DNA of 64,000 nt. Origin: Escherichia coli (GTDB taxonomy: Bacteria > Pseudomonadota > Gammaproteobacteria > Enterobacterales > Enterobacteriaceae). Position 1 is the first letter of the stretch; every line of letters begins with the position of its first letter. Under the pieces are notes generated by a model that saw nothing but the letters and a program-made list of their open reading frames with translations, was not told the DNA's origin and did no database searches. The translations under genes were made by a program, and so were the position numbers. Positions 10,701-24,245 of the stretch are shown here, piece by piece. Location of the stretch: assembly GCF_050920415.1 (NCBI RefSeq), contig NZ_CP169309.1, one strand, 5' to 3'.

Positions 10701-13133
10701 CTACAACAACTGCGCCAGACGGTTAATATCCGACTGAATCGCCCCGGCGGTGACGTCGCGCCCTGCACCTGGCCCGCGGATCACCAGCGGGTTGTCGCGA
10801 TACCAGCGGCTTTCGATGGCAAAGACGTTATCGCACGGTAGTAGTGATGCCAGCGGATGGTCTTCTCGCACCGCTTCCACGCCTACTCGCGCTTTGCCGT
10901 TGGCATCGAAACGCGCCACGTAGCGCAACACCAGCCCCATTTCACGGGCCGCTTCCAACCGTTGTACCATCTGCTCATTAAGTTCATCGCCATTTTCAAA
11001 GAAATGGTCGATGCTTCCACCTTCGCAATGGGTTGGCACCAGTGATTCAACACGCACCTGGTCCGGTTCAATGTTGTAACCCGCTTCACGCGCCAGAATC
11101 ACCAGCTTGCGCATCACGTCTTTGCCGGAGAGGTCATCACGCGGGTCAGGTTCAGTTAAGCCCTGCTGCCACGCCTGATCCACCAGCTCGGTAAACGGCA
11201 CGCTACCGTCGAATTGCAGGAACAGCCAGGAGAGTGTGCCGGAGAAGATCCCGCTGATCGACAAAATAGTGTCGCCGCTGTCGATCAGATCGCGCACGGT
11301 ATGGTTGATCGGCAAACCTGCGCCGACGGTGGCGTTGTATAGCCAGTGACGCCCGGTTTTTTCGAACGCGTCGTGGATCTGGCGATATTTATTGCTGTCG
11401 CTCGCTCCCGCCAGTTTGTTGGCACTGATGACGTGGAAACCGTGGCTGGCGAAATCGAGGTATTGATCGGCCAGTTGCTGACTGGCGGTAACGTCCAGCA
11501 CCACTAAATCATCATACGGATGGGCACGCATCCACAGGAACAGCGACTCTTCATCCTGTTCGACGGCTTCATCATTAAAGAAGGCTAGCGCACGGCTGGC
11601 GTCCAGCCCGTCATAGCTCAACAGGCTGCGACGGCTGTCCACCACGCCTGCCAGCACAAATTCAAAGCCGGTGCGCGCCGAGAGCGTGCTCTGCTCACGG
11701 GCGAACAGTTCCAGCCAGCGGGAACCGATATTGCCCTTACCGAACAATACCAGGCCGATGCGTTTTTCTGCGCGGAAGACGGACTGATGCAGCCCCTGAA
11801 TCAGGCTTTCGGTCGGCCCGGTGCGCAGTACTGCCACCAGGCTGATGCCGTCATCGGACTGCCAGGTAAACTCGACCGGCTGGCCTTTCAGTTGCTGCCA
11901 GAAGCGGTGGCAATGCAGCGGGTTACGGGTGACGCCCGCCCCAACCATCGCCACCAGCGCCAGCCCCTGACGCAGGCGCAGTTCGCCAGGTAATCCTGCT
12001 TCGTCGAGGATTTTCAGCGCACTGTCGGCCACTTCCGAGGTGTAGCAAAATTGCAGCAACTGGCGATCGTTATGCACGCCAACCGCCAGTGGGCGCACCT
12101 GAGCACGTTTCAGGATTTGGTCGATCTCTTTATGCGCCAGTTTGAAATCCTGACTGGCGGGCACCTGAAACTCAATCAAACAGACATCATCGTGGCTGGT
12201 GACAATACGCGCGCCCGTACCGGAAGCCAGCACGCGTTCAATGCGCGTGGAACCTTGATCCGGTGTATAGCTACAGCGCAGCTGCAGGTCGATTTCACTG
12301 CCAGAAACTGGCTGTAAAGTACGCGCGTGCAACACTGGCGCGGCAAGACGCGCCAGTTCGCTGGCTTCATCAAGACGCAGCAATGGCAGCAGACAGGCAT
12401 CTTTCACTTTACGCGGGTCGGCGCTATATACCCCGGCGACGTCACTCCAGATGGTTACGCGGGAAACTCCCGCCAGCGCACCGATTTGTGTCGCGGAATA
12501 GTCGGAACCGTTACGCCCCAGCAGCACCGTTTCACCGGCGTTGTTACGGCTGATAAACCCGGTCACCACCAGACGTTTGCCCGGATGTTGTACCAGTAGC
12601 TGTTGCAGCAACGGGTAAGAAAGCCCTTCATCAACCTGCGGCTGCGCGGCGCGTTCAGCGCGTAAAAACTCGCGGGCATCAAGCCAGGCCGCTGGCAATC
12701 CTTGTTGATTAAGTACCGCAGACATCAGGCGCGCCGACCACACTTCACCGTGGCCCACCACTTCCGCATACACCGCATCGTTAATACCGCTGTCGAGCAG
12801 CGCCGCCAGGCGTTCCAGATCGCTGACAAAAGCGCTAATGAGGCTATCGGCTTCTTCAGCGGGTAGCAGGCCGCTAATCAGATCGCACTGATAACGACGT
12901 AGCGTTTGTTGAACCTGATGCGCAGAGAGACGATCGGTCTGGCTTAGTTTCAACCAGTTAATCAACTGGTTAGTGGTGCTACCGGCGGCGGAAACCACCA
13001 TCATATCGTCAGGCTGAGAGTACTCCGCCATAATGCCCGCGACACGCAAATAACACTTCACATCAGCCAGACTACTGCCACCAAATTTATGCAGTTGACG
13101 ACCTTTCGCCCCTGCCTGCGCAATCACACTCAT
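10701..13133 (-). CDS. metL: bifunctional aspartokinase II / homoserine dehydrogenase II
   Basis: 810-aa ORF MSVIAQAGAKGRQLHKFGGSSLADVKCYLRVAGIMAEYS... recognised as MetL. Confidence 0.96.
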   Translation of the reverse strand: MSVIAQAGAKGRQLHKFGGSSLADVKCYLRVAGIMAEYSQPDDMMVVSAAGSTTNQLINWLKLSQTDRLSAHQVQQTLRRYQCDLISGLLPAEEADSLISAFVSDLERLAALLDSGINDAVYAEVVGHGEVWSARLMSAVLNQQGLPAAWLDAREFLRAERAAQPQVDEGLSYPLLQQLLVQHPGKRLVVTGFISRNNAGETVLLGRNGSDYSATQIGALAGVSRVTIWSDVAGVYSADPRKVKDACLLPLLRLDEASELARLAAPVLHARTLQPVSGSEIDLQLRCSYTPDQGSTRIERVLASGTGARIVTSHDDVCLIEFQVPASQDFKLAHKEIDQILKRAQVRPLAVGVHNDRQLLQFCYTSEVADSALKILDEAGLPGELRLRQGLALVAMVGAGVTRNPLHCHRFWQQLKGQPVEFTWQSDDGISLVAVLRTGPTESLIQGLHQSVFRAEKRIGLVLFGKGNIGSRWLELFAREQSTLSARTGFEFVLAGVVDSRRSLLSYDGLDASRALAFFNDEAVEQDEESLFLWMRAHPYDDLVVLDVTASQQLADQYLDFASHGFHVISANKLAGASDSNKYRQIHDAFEKTGRHWLYNATVGAGLPINHTVRDLIDSGDTILSISGIFSGTLSWLFLQFDGSVPFTELVDQAWQQGLTEPDPRDDLSGKDVMRKLVILAREAGYNIEPDQVRVESLVPTHCEGGSIDHFFENGDELNEQMVQRLEAAREMGLVLRYVARFDANGKARVGVEAVREDHPLASLLPCDNVFAIESRWYRDNPLVIRGPGAGRDVTAGAIQSDINRLAQLL

Positions 13134-13135
13134 TT

Positions 13136-14296
13136 TTACCCCTTGTTTGCAGCCCGGAAGCCATTTTCCAGGTCGGCAATTAAATCTTCGCCATCTTCAA
13201 TACCGGTGGAGATACGCAGCAGCGTCTCGGAGATCCCGGCGGCAGCACGCGCTTCTGGTGCCATGCCTGCATGTGTCATGGTTGCGGCGTGAGAGATTAA
13301 ACTTTCCACTCCCCCTAATGATTCCGCCAGCGTAAACAACGACAGCCCACCCAGGAAACGACGCAGCGTCTGCTCATCGCCATCCAGTTCAAAACTCAAC
13401 ATTGCGCCAAAGCCTTTTTGCTGGCGCGCAGCAATTTCATGCCCTTGATTTTCCGGCAGCGACGGGTGATACAGTTTTTTCACCAACGGCTGGGTTTGCA
13501 GATATTTCACAATCGCCTGCGCGTTGCGCTGCGCCAGCTCCATACGCGGCACCAGCGTTCGCAAACCGCGCAGCAACAAATAACTGTCAAACGCGCCGCC
13601 CGTCACGCCAATATTGTTTGCCCACCAGGCCAGTTCGGTGACAACGTCCGGGTCTTTAGCAATCACCACGCCAGCCACTACATCTGAGTGACCGTTCAGA
13701 TATTTCGTGCATGAATGCAACACCAGATCGGCACCTAATGCCAGTGGATTTTGTAATGCCGGGCTTAAGAAGGTGTTATCCACCACGCTCACCGCCCCGA
13801 CTTCCCTTGCCAGATGGCAGATTTTCGCAATATCCACGACGCGTAACAATGGATTACTTGGGCTTTCTACCAGTACTAGTTTGGGTTTTTCTGCCAGTGC
13901 AGCCTGCAATGCCTGCTCATCTCCTTGATCAACAAACAGCACGCGATAACAGCCGCGTTTCGCCAGGCTGTCGAACAGGCGATAGCTGCCGCCGTAGCAG
14001 TCGTGCGGTGCAACCAGCAAATCGCCAGGTTTCAAAAAGACGGTCGTTACCAGGTGGATGGCAGACATGCCGGTATTAGTCAGCACTGCACCAGCACCGC
14101 CTTCCAGTTCAGCCAGCGCACGCTGAACCACATCGCGCGTTGGGTTGCCGCGACGCGAGTAATCATGCGCGCGCGGTTCATTAAATCCGGTAAAGTTATA
14201 GGTGCTGGAAAGATGGATTGGAGGGACAACGCAACCATACTGTTCGTCGTCATTTAACCCGCTACGCACTGCGATGGTGGCCTGTTTACGCGTCAT
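13136..14296 (-). CDS. metB: cystathionine gamma-synthase
   Basis: The track ORF (13136-14473) has a 59-codon upstream extension. The recognised MetB start MTRKQATIAVRSGLNDDEQYG... maps to the ATG at 14294-14296 (cat on the plus strand). Confidence 0.93.
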   Translation of the reverse strand: MTRKQATIAVRSGLNDDEQYGCVVPPIHLSSTYNFTGFNEPRAHDYSRRGNPTRDVVQRALAELEGGAGAVLTNTGMSAIHLVTTVFLKPGDLLVAPHDCYGGSYRLFDSLAKRGCYRVLFVDQGDEQALQAALAEKPKLVLVESPSNPLLRVVDIAKICHLAREVGAVSVVDNTFLSPALQNPLALGADLVLHSCTKYLNGHSDVVAGVVIAKDPDVVTELAWWANNIGVTGGAFDSYLLLRGLRTLVPRMELAQRNAQAIVKYLQTQPLVKKLYHPSLPENQGHEIAARQQKGFGAMLSFELDGDEQTLRRFLGGLSLFTLAESLGGVESLISHAATMTHAGMAPEARAAAGISETLLRISTGIEDGEDLIADLENGFRAANKG

Positions 14297-14357
14297 GTGA
14301 TGAAGTTCCCTGGGCTTTGTCGGTGAAATCTCAGGCACCAGAGTAAACATTGTGTTA

Positions 14358-14392
14358 ATGGACGTCAATACATCTGGACATCTAAACTTCTT
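14358..14392. promoter_or_regulatory. MetJ operator (met boxes) in the divergent metB / metJ control region
   Basis: GGACGTCA ATACATCT GGACATCT AAACTTCT are tandem 8-mers resembling the AGACGTCT met box. Confidence 0.6.
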
Positions 14393-14572
14393 TGCGTATA
14401 GATTGAGCAAATCCCCAATAACCGTTAAAATTACATGCATTATCACGCCGACAGGTGCATTACACGATGTCACGGTAACGCCTGTACGGTAAACTATGCG
14501 GGTTTACGGTCAGTACCCACATAAATTGTGTGGTCTGGTCTCAATTTATTGACGAAGAGGATTAAGTATCTC

Positions 14573-14890
14573 ATGGCTGAATGGAGCGGCGAATATATCA
14601 GCCCATACGCTGAGCACGGCAAGAAGAGTGAACAAGTCAAAAAGATTACGGTTTCCATTCCTCTTAAGGTGTTAAAAATCCTCACCGATGAACGCACGCG
14701 TCGTCAGGTGAACAACCTGCGTCACGCTACCAACAGCGAGCTGCTGTGCGAAGCGTTTCTGCATGCCTTTACCGGGCAACCTCTGCCGGATGATGCCGAT
14801 CTGCGTAAAGAGCGCAGCGACGAAATCCCGGAAGCGGCAAAAGAGATCATGCGTGAGATGGGGATTAACCCGGAAACGTGGGAATACTAA
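14573..14890 (+). CDS. metJ: methionine repressor
   Basis: Internal start of the track ORF gives [35 protein letters not shown]... (105 aa), recognised as MetJ. Confidence 0.95.
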
Positions 14891-14949
14891 AGCGGAAAAG
14901 AGCGGCGCGGAGTTAACCAGCCGCTTTTTTCATACATGGACGTTTAACT

Positions 14950-15558
14950 ATGAAATACAGGCTACTGATCCTCAGCCTGCTGGTTTCTGTGCCTGCCTTT
15001 GCCTGGCAGCCGCAAACTGGCGACATCATCTTTCAAATCTCTCGCTCATCGCAAAGTAAAGCGATCCAACTGGCGACCCATTCCGATTACAGCCACACCG
15101 GTATGCTGGTGATGCGTAACAAAAAGCCCTACGTTTTTGAAGCGGTCGGCCCGGTGAAATACACCCCGCTCAAGCAGTGGATCGCCCATGGTGAAAAGGG
15201 CAAATACGTTGTTCGCCGCGTTGAAGGCGGACTGAGTGTTGAACAACAGCAAAAACTGGCGCAAACGGCAAAACGTTATCTCGGAAAACCGTATGACTTC
15301 AGCTTCTCGTGGAGCGACGATCGCCAGTACTGTTCGGAAGTGGTGTGGAAGGTTTATCAGAACGCGCTGGGGATGCGCGTAGGTGAACAGCAGAAGTTGA
15401 AAGAGTTCGATCTTAGTAACCCGCTGGTTCAGGCGAAACTCAAAGAACGTTATGGGAAAAATATTCCGCTTGAGGAAACAGTAGTTTCACCCCAGGCCGT
15501 TTTCGATGCGCCACAACTCACCACAGTCGCCAAAGAATGGCCGCTGTTTTCGTGGTAA
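14950..15558 (+). CDS. yiiX: YiiX-family (permuted papain-like) protein with signal peptide
   Basis: 202-aa ORF MKYRLLILSLLVSVPAFAWQPQTGDIIFQ...; position between metJ and rpmE matches the K-12 gene order as I remember it. Confidence 0.85.
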   Translation: MKYRLLILSLLVSVPAFAWQPQTGDIIFQISRSSQSKAIQLATHSDYSHTGMLVMRNKKPYVFEAVGPVKYTPLKQWIAHGEKGKYVVRRVEGGLSVEQQQKLAQTAKRYLGKPYDFSFSWSDDRQYCSEVVWKVYQNALGMRVGEQQKLKEFDLSNPLVQAKLKERYGKNIPLEETVVSPQAVFDAPQLTTVAKEWPLFSW

Positions 15559-15578
15559 TACGACCAAAATTCAGACAC

Positions 15579-15606
15579 AAAAAAAGCGCCGTGCGGCGCT
15601 TTTTTC
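15579..15606. terminator. bidirectional rho-independent terminator between yiiX and rpmE
   Basis: aaaaaaagcgccgtgcggcgctttttt: a GC hairpin flanked by A-run and T-run. Confidence 0.7.
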
Positions 15607-15618
15607 GGAAATCCGGTC

Positions 15619-15870
<252 letters not shown>

Positions 15871-15910
15871 CTAACGCCAGACACCACGCGATGTTTAAAG
15901 TATAGTTTGA

Positions 15911-18232
<2,322 letters not shown>

Positions 18233-18387
18233 TGCGCAAACGATGCGAGGCGGATCGAAAAATTCAATATTCATCACACTTTTCATGAAAATTCTGTAAC
18301 CGTTTTCACGCGCTATCTGCTAAAAATGTTGCCGATGTGAAGTAAACATGGAAGTAGTACGCCTGCCGTGCCGGGCGAGGAGTGAGT

Positions 18388-19413
18388 GTGAAAGCGAAGA
18401 AGCAGGAAACTGCCGCGACCATGAAAGACGTTGCCCTGAAGGCAAAAGTCTCTACAGCGACCGTCTCCCGAGCATTAATGAATCCCGATAAAGTCTCCCA
18501 GGCCACCCGTAATCGGGTTGAAAAAGCGGCCCGGGAAGTAGGTTATTTGCCGCAGCCTATGGGGCGCAACGTCAAACGTAATGAATCCCGCACCATTCTG
18601 GTGATTGTCCCGGATATCTGCGATCCCTTCTTTAGCGAAATTATTCGCGGTATCGAAGTTACGGCGGCAAATCACGGATATCTGGTGCTGATTGGCGACT
18701 GTGCGCATCAAAATCAGCAGGAAAAAACCTTTATCGATTTGATTATCACCAAGCAAATTGATGGCATGTTGCTGCTGGGTTCAAGGCTGCCGTTTGATGC
18801 CAGCATTGAGGAACAGCGTAATCTGCCGCCGATGGTGATGGCGAACGAATTTGCGCCGGAACTGGAGCTGCCTACAGTTCATATCGACAATCTGACCGCG
18901 GCATTTGATGCAGTAAATTATTTATATGAGCAAGGTCATAAACGGATTGGCTGTATAGCCGGTCCCGAAGAGATGCCGCTGTGTCACTACCGCCTGCAAG
19001 GCTACGTTCAGGCGCTGCGTCGCTGCGGCATTATGGTTGATCCGCAATACATCGCCCGGGGCGACTTCTCCTTTGAAGCCGGAAGCAACGCGATGCAACA
19101 GCTGCTTGCTCTTCCGCAACCGCCTACTGCTGTCTTCTGCCATAGCGATGTAATGGCGCTCGGCGCACTTTCTCAGGCAAAACGCCAGGGGCTGAAAGTC
19201 CCGGATGATCTATCCATAATCGGTTTTGATAACATCGACCTGACGCAATTTTGTGATCCGCCGCTGACAACCATCGCGCAGCCGCGTTACGAAATCGGTC
19301 GGGAAGCTATGCTGTTATTGCTTGATCAAATGCAGGGGCAACACGTTGGCAGTGGCTCTCGTTTAATGGACTGCGAACTTATCATCCGGGGATCAACACG
19401 CGCGTTACCTTAA
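18388..19413 (+). CDS. cytR: LacI-family transcriptional repressor CytR
   Basis: Track ORF starts at GTG 18382 (MSVKAKK...); the K-12 protein as I remember it starts two codons later (MKAKKQETAATMKDVALKAKVSTATVSRALMNPDK...). Confidence 0.9.
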   Translation: MKAKKQETAATMKDVALKAKVSTATVSRALMNPDKVSQATRNRVEKAAREVGYLPQPMGRNVKRNESRTILVIVPDICDPFFSEIIRGIEVTAANHGYLVLIGDCAHQNQQEKTFIDLIITKQIDGMLLLGSRLPFDASIEEQRNLPPMVMANEFAPELELPTVHIDNLTAAFDAVNYLYEQGHKRIGCIAGPEEMPLCHYRLQGYVQALRRCGIMVDPQYIARGDFSFEAGSNAMQQLLALPQPPTAVFCHSDVMALGALSQAKRQGLKVPDDLSIIGFDNIDLTQFCDPPLTTIAQPRYEIGREAMLLLLDQMQGQHVGSGSRLMDCELIIRGSTRALP

Positions 19414-19504
19414 AGTAAACCTTTAAGACTGCCGTGACTGGTCAAAGGCCCGCCGCTTAAGTAACATGGCGGGCTGACGAACGAATAAATACAGCGAAAC
19501 GATA

Positions 19505-20452
19505 GTGGCACAACGAGATTATGTACGCCGCAGCCAACCGGCACCTTCGCGGCGAAAAAAAAGCACCTCACGGAAAAAGCAACGAAATCTGCCTGCGGTT
19601 TCTCCCGCAATGGTCGCTATTGCTGCCGCCGTTCTTGTGACCTTTATCGGTGGTCTGTACTTCATTACGCATCACAAGAAAGAAGAGTCCGAGACGCTGC
19701 AAAGCCAGAAAGTGACCGGAAACGGATTACCACCGAAACCAGAAGAACGCTGGCGCTACATTAAAGAGCTGGAAAGTCGCCAGCCGGGTGTGCGTGCACC
19801 AACAGAACCTTCTGCCGGTGGTGAAGTGAAAACGCCGGAACAACTGACACCAGAACAACGTCAGCTTCTTGAACAAATGCAGGCTGATATGCGCCAGCAA
19901 CCAACGCAACTGGTTGAAGTCCCATGGAATGAACAGACGCCGGAACAGCGTCAGCAAACGCTTCAACGTCAGGCACAACAGCGTCAGATTCAGGCGGCTC
20001 AACAGCAGCAGCGTCAGGCTGAGCAGGCATATCAACAACCGCGTACCGCGCAAGCGCAGCAACCACCGCGCCAGACGCAGCAGACTCGCCAGGCGGCTCA
20101 GCAGCCGTACCAGGATCTCCTGCAAACGCCAGCACACACTGCCGCGGCGCAGCCGAAGTCACAGCAAGTCGCGCCTGTTAGCCGGGCCGCTGACGCGCCA
20201 AAACCGACGGCGGAGAAAAAAGACGAACGCCGCTGGATGGTGCAGTGCGGTTCGTTCAGAGGCGCGGAACAGGCAGAGACGGTACGTGCTCAGCTGGCGT
20301 TTGAAGGCTTTGACTCGAAGATCACCACCAACAATGGCTGGAATCGTGTGGTCATTGGCCCGGTGAAAGGCAAAGAGAACGCAGACAGCACCCTCAATCG
20401 CTTGAAGATGGCGGGTCATACAAACTGTATTCGACTCGCTACCGGGGGTTGA
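19505..20452 (+). CDS. ftsN: cell division protein FtsN
   Basis: 315-aa ORF (GTG start) MAQRDYVRRSQPAPSRRKKSTSRKKQRNLPA... with a single TM segment, Q/A/P-rich linker and C-terminal SPOR-like domain. Confidence 0.93.
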   Translation: MAQRDYVRRSQPAPSRRKKSTSRKKQRNLPAVSPAMVAIAAAVLVTFIGGLYFITHHKKEESETLQSQKVTGNGLPPKPEERWRYIKELESRQPGVRAPTEPSAGGEVKTPEQLTPEQRQLLEQMQADMRQQPTQLVEVPWNEQTPEQRQQTLQRQAQQRQIQAAQQQQRQAEQAYQQPRTAQAQQPPRQTQQTRQAAQQPYQDLLQTPAHTAAAQPKSQQVAPVSRAADAPKPTAEKKDERRWMVQCGSFRGAEQAETVRAQLAFEGFDSKITTNNGWNRVVIGPVKGKENADSTLNRLKMAGHTNCIRLATGG

Positions 20453-20544
20453 AACCCTCAAAATCCCCCCCATCTATAATTGCATTATGCCCCGTACTTT
20501 TGTACGGGGTTTGTACTCTGTATTCGTAACCAAGGGGTCAGCTC

Positions 20545-21075
20545 GTGACAACTATAGTAAGCGTACGCCGTAACGGCCATGTGGTCATCGCTGGTGATGG
20601 TCAGGCCACGTTGGGCAATACCGTAATGAAAGGTAACGTGAAAAAGGTCCGCCGTCTGTACAACGACAAAGTCATCGCGGGCTTTGCGGGCGGTACTGCG
20701 GATGCTTTTACGCTGTTCGAACTGTTTGAACGTAAACTGGAAATGCATCAGGGCCATCTGGTCAAAGCCGCCGTTGAGCTGGCAAAAGACTGGCGTACCG
20801 ATCGCATGTTACGCAAACTTGAAGCACTGCTGGCAGTCGCGGATGAAACTGCATCGCTTATCATCACCGGTAACGGTGACGTGGTGCAGCCAGAAAACGA
20901 TCTTATTGCTATCGGCTCCGGCGGCCCTTACGCCCAGGCTGCGGCGCGCGCGCTGTTAGAAAACACTGAATTGAGTGCTCGTGAAATTGCTGAAAAGGCG
21001 TTGGATATTGCAGGCGACATTTGCATCTATACCAACCATTTCCACACCATCGAAGAATTAAGCTACAAAGCGTAA
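20545..21075 (+). CDS. hslV: ATP-dependent protease subunit HslV
   Basis: 176-aa [38 protein letters not shown]... recognised as HslV. Confidence 0.97.
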
Positions 21076-21084
21076 GGATCTCCC

Positions 21085-22416
21085 ATGTCTGAAATGACCC
21101 CACGCGAAATCGTCAGCGAACTGGATAAACACATCATCGGCCAGGATAACGCCAAGCGTTCCGTGGCGATTGCACTGCGTAACCGCTGGCGTCGCATGCA
21201 GCTTAACGAAGAGCTGCGCCATGAAGTGACCCCGAAAAATATCCTGATGATCGGCCCGACCGGTGTCGGTAAAACTGAAATCGCTCGTCGTCTGGCTAAG
21301 CTGGCGAATGCGCCGTTCATCAAAGTTGAAGCGACCAAATTCACCGAAGTGGGCTATGTAGGTAAGGAAGTGGATTCTATTATCCGCGATCTGACCGATG
21401 CCGCCGTGAAAATGGTACGCGTCCAGGCTATTGAGAAAAACCGGTATCGCGCTGAAGAACTGGCAGAAGAACGTATTCTCGACGTGCTGATCCCACCGGC
21501 TAAAAACAACTGGGGACAGACCGAACAACAGCAGGAACCGTCCGCTGCTCGTCAGGCATTCCGCAAAAAACTGCGTGAAGGCCAGCTCGATGACAAAGAA
21601 ATCGAGATCGATCTTGCCGCAGCACCGATGGGCGTTGAAATTATGGCGCCTCCGGGAATGGAAGAGATGACCAGCCAGCTGCAGTCCATGTTCCAGAACC
21701 TGGGTGGTCAGAAACAAAAAGCGCGTAAGCTGAAAATCAAAGACGCCATGAAGCTGCTGATTGAAGAAGAAGCGGCGAAACTGGTGAATCCGGAAGAGCT
21801 GAAGCAAGACGCTATCGACGCCGTTGAACAGCACGGGATCGTATTTATCGACGAAATCGACAAAATCTGTAAGCGCGGCGAGTCTTCCGGTCCGGATGTT
21901 TCTCGTGAAGGCGTTCAGCGTGACCTGCTGCCGCTGGTAGAAGGTTGCACCGTTTCCACCAAACACGGGATGGTCAAAACTGACCACATTCTGTTTATCG
22001 CTTCTGGCGCGTTCCAGATTGCGAAACCGTCTGACCTGATCCCGGAACTGCAAGGTCGTCTGCCAATCCGCGTTGAACTGCAGGCACTGACCACCAGCGA
22101 CTTCGAGCGTATTCTGACCGAACCGAATGCCTCTATCACCGTGCAGTACAAAGCATTGATGGCGACTGAAGGCGTAAATATCGAGTTCACCGACTCCGGT
22201 ATTAAGCGGATCGCGGAAGCAGCATGGCAGGTGAACGAATCTACCGAAAACATCGGTGCTCGTCGTTTACATACTGTTCTGGAGCGTTTAATGGAAGAGA
22301 TTTCCTACGACGCCAGCGATTTAAGCGGTCAAACCATCACTATTGACGCAGATTATGTGAGCAAACATCTGGATGCGTTGGTGGCAGATGAAGATCTGAG
22401 CCGTTTTATCCTATAA
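21085..22416 (+). CDS. hslU: ATP-dependent protease ATPase subunit HslU
   Basis: 443-aa [42 protein letters not shown]... with Walker A GPTGVGKT. Confidence 0.97.
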
Positions 22417-22446
22417 TCGCGTTCAATCATTTTCATCATTGTTTGA

Positions 22447-22469
22447 TGGGGCTGAAAGGCCCCATTTTT
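22447..22469 (+). terminator. rho-independent terminator after hslU
   Basis: ggggctgaaaggcccc followed by attttta. Confidence 0.65.
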
Positions 22470-22482
22470 ATTGGCGCGTATT

Positions 22483-23409
22483 ATGACTGAACAACAAATT
22501 AGCCGAACTCAGGCGTGGCTGGAAAGTTTACGACCTAAAACCCTCCCCCTCGCCTTTGCTGCAATTATCGTCGGGACGGCGCTGGCATGGTGGCAAGGTC
22601 ACTTCGATCCGCTGGTCGCCCTGCTGGCACTGATTACCGCCGGACTGCTTCAAATTCTCTCTAACCTCGCTAATGATTACGGCGATGCAGTAAAAGGCAG
22701 CGATAAACCTGACCGCATTGGCCCGCTACGTGGCATGCAAAAAGGGGTCATTACCCAGCAAGAGATGAAACGGGCGCTCATTATTACCGTCGTGCTCATC
22801 TGTCTCTCCGGGCTGGCACTGGTTGCAGTGGCGTGCCATACGCTGGCCGATTTTGTCGGTTTCCTGATTCTTGGCGGGTTGTCGATCATTGCCGCTATCA
22901 CCTACACCGTGGGCAATCGTCCTTATGGTTATATCGGTTTGGGTGATATTTCCGTACTGGTTTTCTTTGGCTGGTTAAGCGTCATGGGCAGCTGGTATTT
23001 ACAGGCTCATACGTTGATTCCGGCGTTGATCCTTCCGGCGACCGCATGCGGCCTGCTGGCAACGGCAGTACTGAACATTAATAACCTGCGTGATATCAAT
23101 AGCGACCGCGAAAATGGCAAAAACACGCTGGTAGTGCGCTTAGGTGAAGTGAACGCGCGTCGTTATCATGCCTGCCTGCTGATGGGCTCTCTGGTGTGTC
23201 TGGCGCTGTTTAATCTCTTTTCACTGCATAGCCTGTGGGGCTGGCTGTTCCTGCTGGCGGCACCATTACTGGTGAAGCAAGCCCGTTATGTGATGCGGGA
23301 AATGGACCCGGTGGCGATGCGACCGATGCTGGAACGCACTGTCAAGGGAGCGTTACTGACTAACGTGCTGTTTGTTTTAGGGATATTCCTAAGCCAGTGG
23401 GCAGCATAA
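22483..23409 (+). CDS. menA: 1,4-dihydroxy-2-naphthoate octaprenyltransferase
   Basis: Track ORF starts at 22471; the recognised MenA start MTEQQISRTQAWLESLRPKTLPLAF... is the internal ATG at 22483. Polytopic membrane protein. Confidence 0.92.
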   Translation: MTEQQISRTQAWLESLRPKTLPLAFAAIIVGTALAWWQGHFDPLVALLALITAGLLQILSNLANDYGDAVKGSDKPDRIGPLRGMQKGVITQQEMKRALIITVVLICLSGLALVAVACHTLADFVGFLILGGLSIIAAITYTVGNRPYGYIGLGDISVLVFFGWLSVMGSWYLQAHTLIPALILPATACGLLATAVLNINNLRDINSDRENGKNTLVVRLGEVNARRYHACLLMGSLVCLALFNLFSLHSLWGWLFLLAAPLLVKQARYVMREMDPVAMRPMLERTVKGALLTNVLFVLGIFLSQWAA

Positions 23410-23501
23410 CTGACAAATATCAATTAACAATTGATGATTTTGCCAACAGCCCACATAGCGCGATATACTGAAAATTCTCGCAGCAACTGAATGTTAAGCC
23501 T

Positions 23502-23987
23502 ATGAAATACGATACTTCCGAGCTTTGTGACATCTATCAAGAAGATGTTAACGTCGTGGAACCGCTGTTCTCCAACTTTGGCGGACGGGCGTCGTTTGGC
23601 GGACAAATAATCACGGTAAAATGTTTCGAGGACAACGGGTTGCTGTACGATCTGCTCGAACAGAATGGCCGTGGTCGTGTTCTCGTCGTTGACGGCGGTG
23701 GTTCTGTTCGTCGCGCACTGGTCGATGCTGAGCTGGCGCGTCTGGCAGTACAAAATGAATGGGAAGGCCTGGTCATTTACGGCGCGGTGCGTCAGGTAGA
23801 TGACCTGGAAGAGCTGGATATCGGCATCCAGGCGATGGCAGCAATTCCAGTCGGTGCCGCTGGCGAAGGCATTGGCGAAAGCGATGTCCGCGTTAATTTT
23901 GGCGGCGTCACCTTCTTCTCCGGTGACCATCTTTATGCCGACAATACCGGAATTATTCTTTCAGAAGATCCGCTGGATATTGAATAA
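23502..23987 (+). CDS. rraA: RNase E regulator RraA
   Basis: 161-aa [49 protein letters not shown]... recognised as RraA. Confidence 0.96.
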
Positions 23988-24004
23988 GTACCTGCCATGC
24001 GTTA

Positions 24005-24030
24005 AAAGGGGAATTAAATTCCCCTTTTTT
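24005..24030 (+). terminator. rho-independent terminator after rraA
   Basis: aaaaggggaattaaattcccctttttt: a perfect hairpin followed by a T6 run. Confidence 0.8.
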
Positions 24031-24245
24031 ATATGCAAAATATTCATAAAGACTATCGTTTGTTTTTATTTAATTCATTTTAAATATCAATAGTTCACAT
24101 CTGACAATATAAATTAATTATCGATAAATCATTTCATAAAAATATGCAGCATTAAAAATTAATGCTATATGGTAAATTAACTATTCTGGGAATAGGGATA
24201 TGAATCATCGTTAGTAGCGAACGTATTAAATAATAATGGATTGAT

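Noticed and set aside
13136-14473. Extended 445-aa form of metB and extended forms of cdh (to 34119), priA (from 15962), glpK (from 26434) and glpX (from 28125)
   Set aside because: The upstream extensions lack similarity to the known proteins and would overlap neighbouring genes or promoters. The internal starts matching the recognised N-termini were used.
19850-20130. Repetitive Gln/Ala/Pro-rich DNA in ftsN, considered as a tandem repeat or CRISPR-like array
   Set aside because: It is in frame within ftsN and encodes the known low-complexity periplasmic linker. There are no regular direct repeats with spacers.
21058-22053. 331-aa minus-strand ORF antisense to hslU
   Set aside because: It completely overlaps the HslU coding sequence and has no start context or recognisable domains. 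Treated as a shadow ORF.
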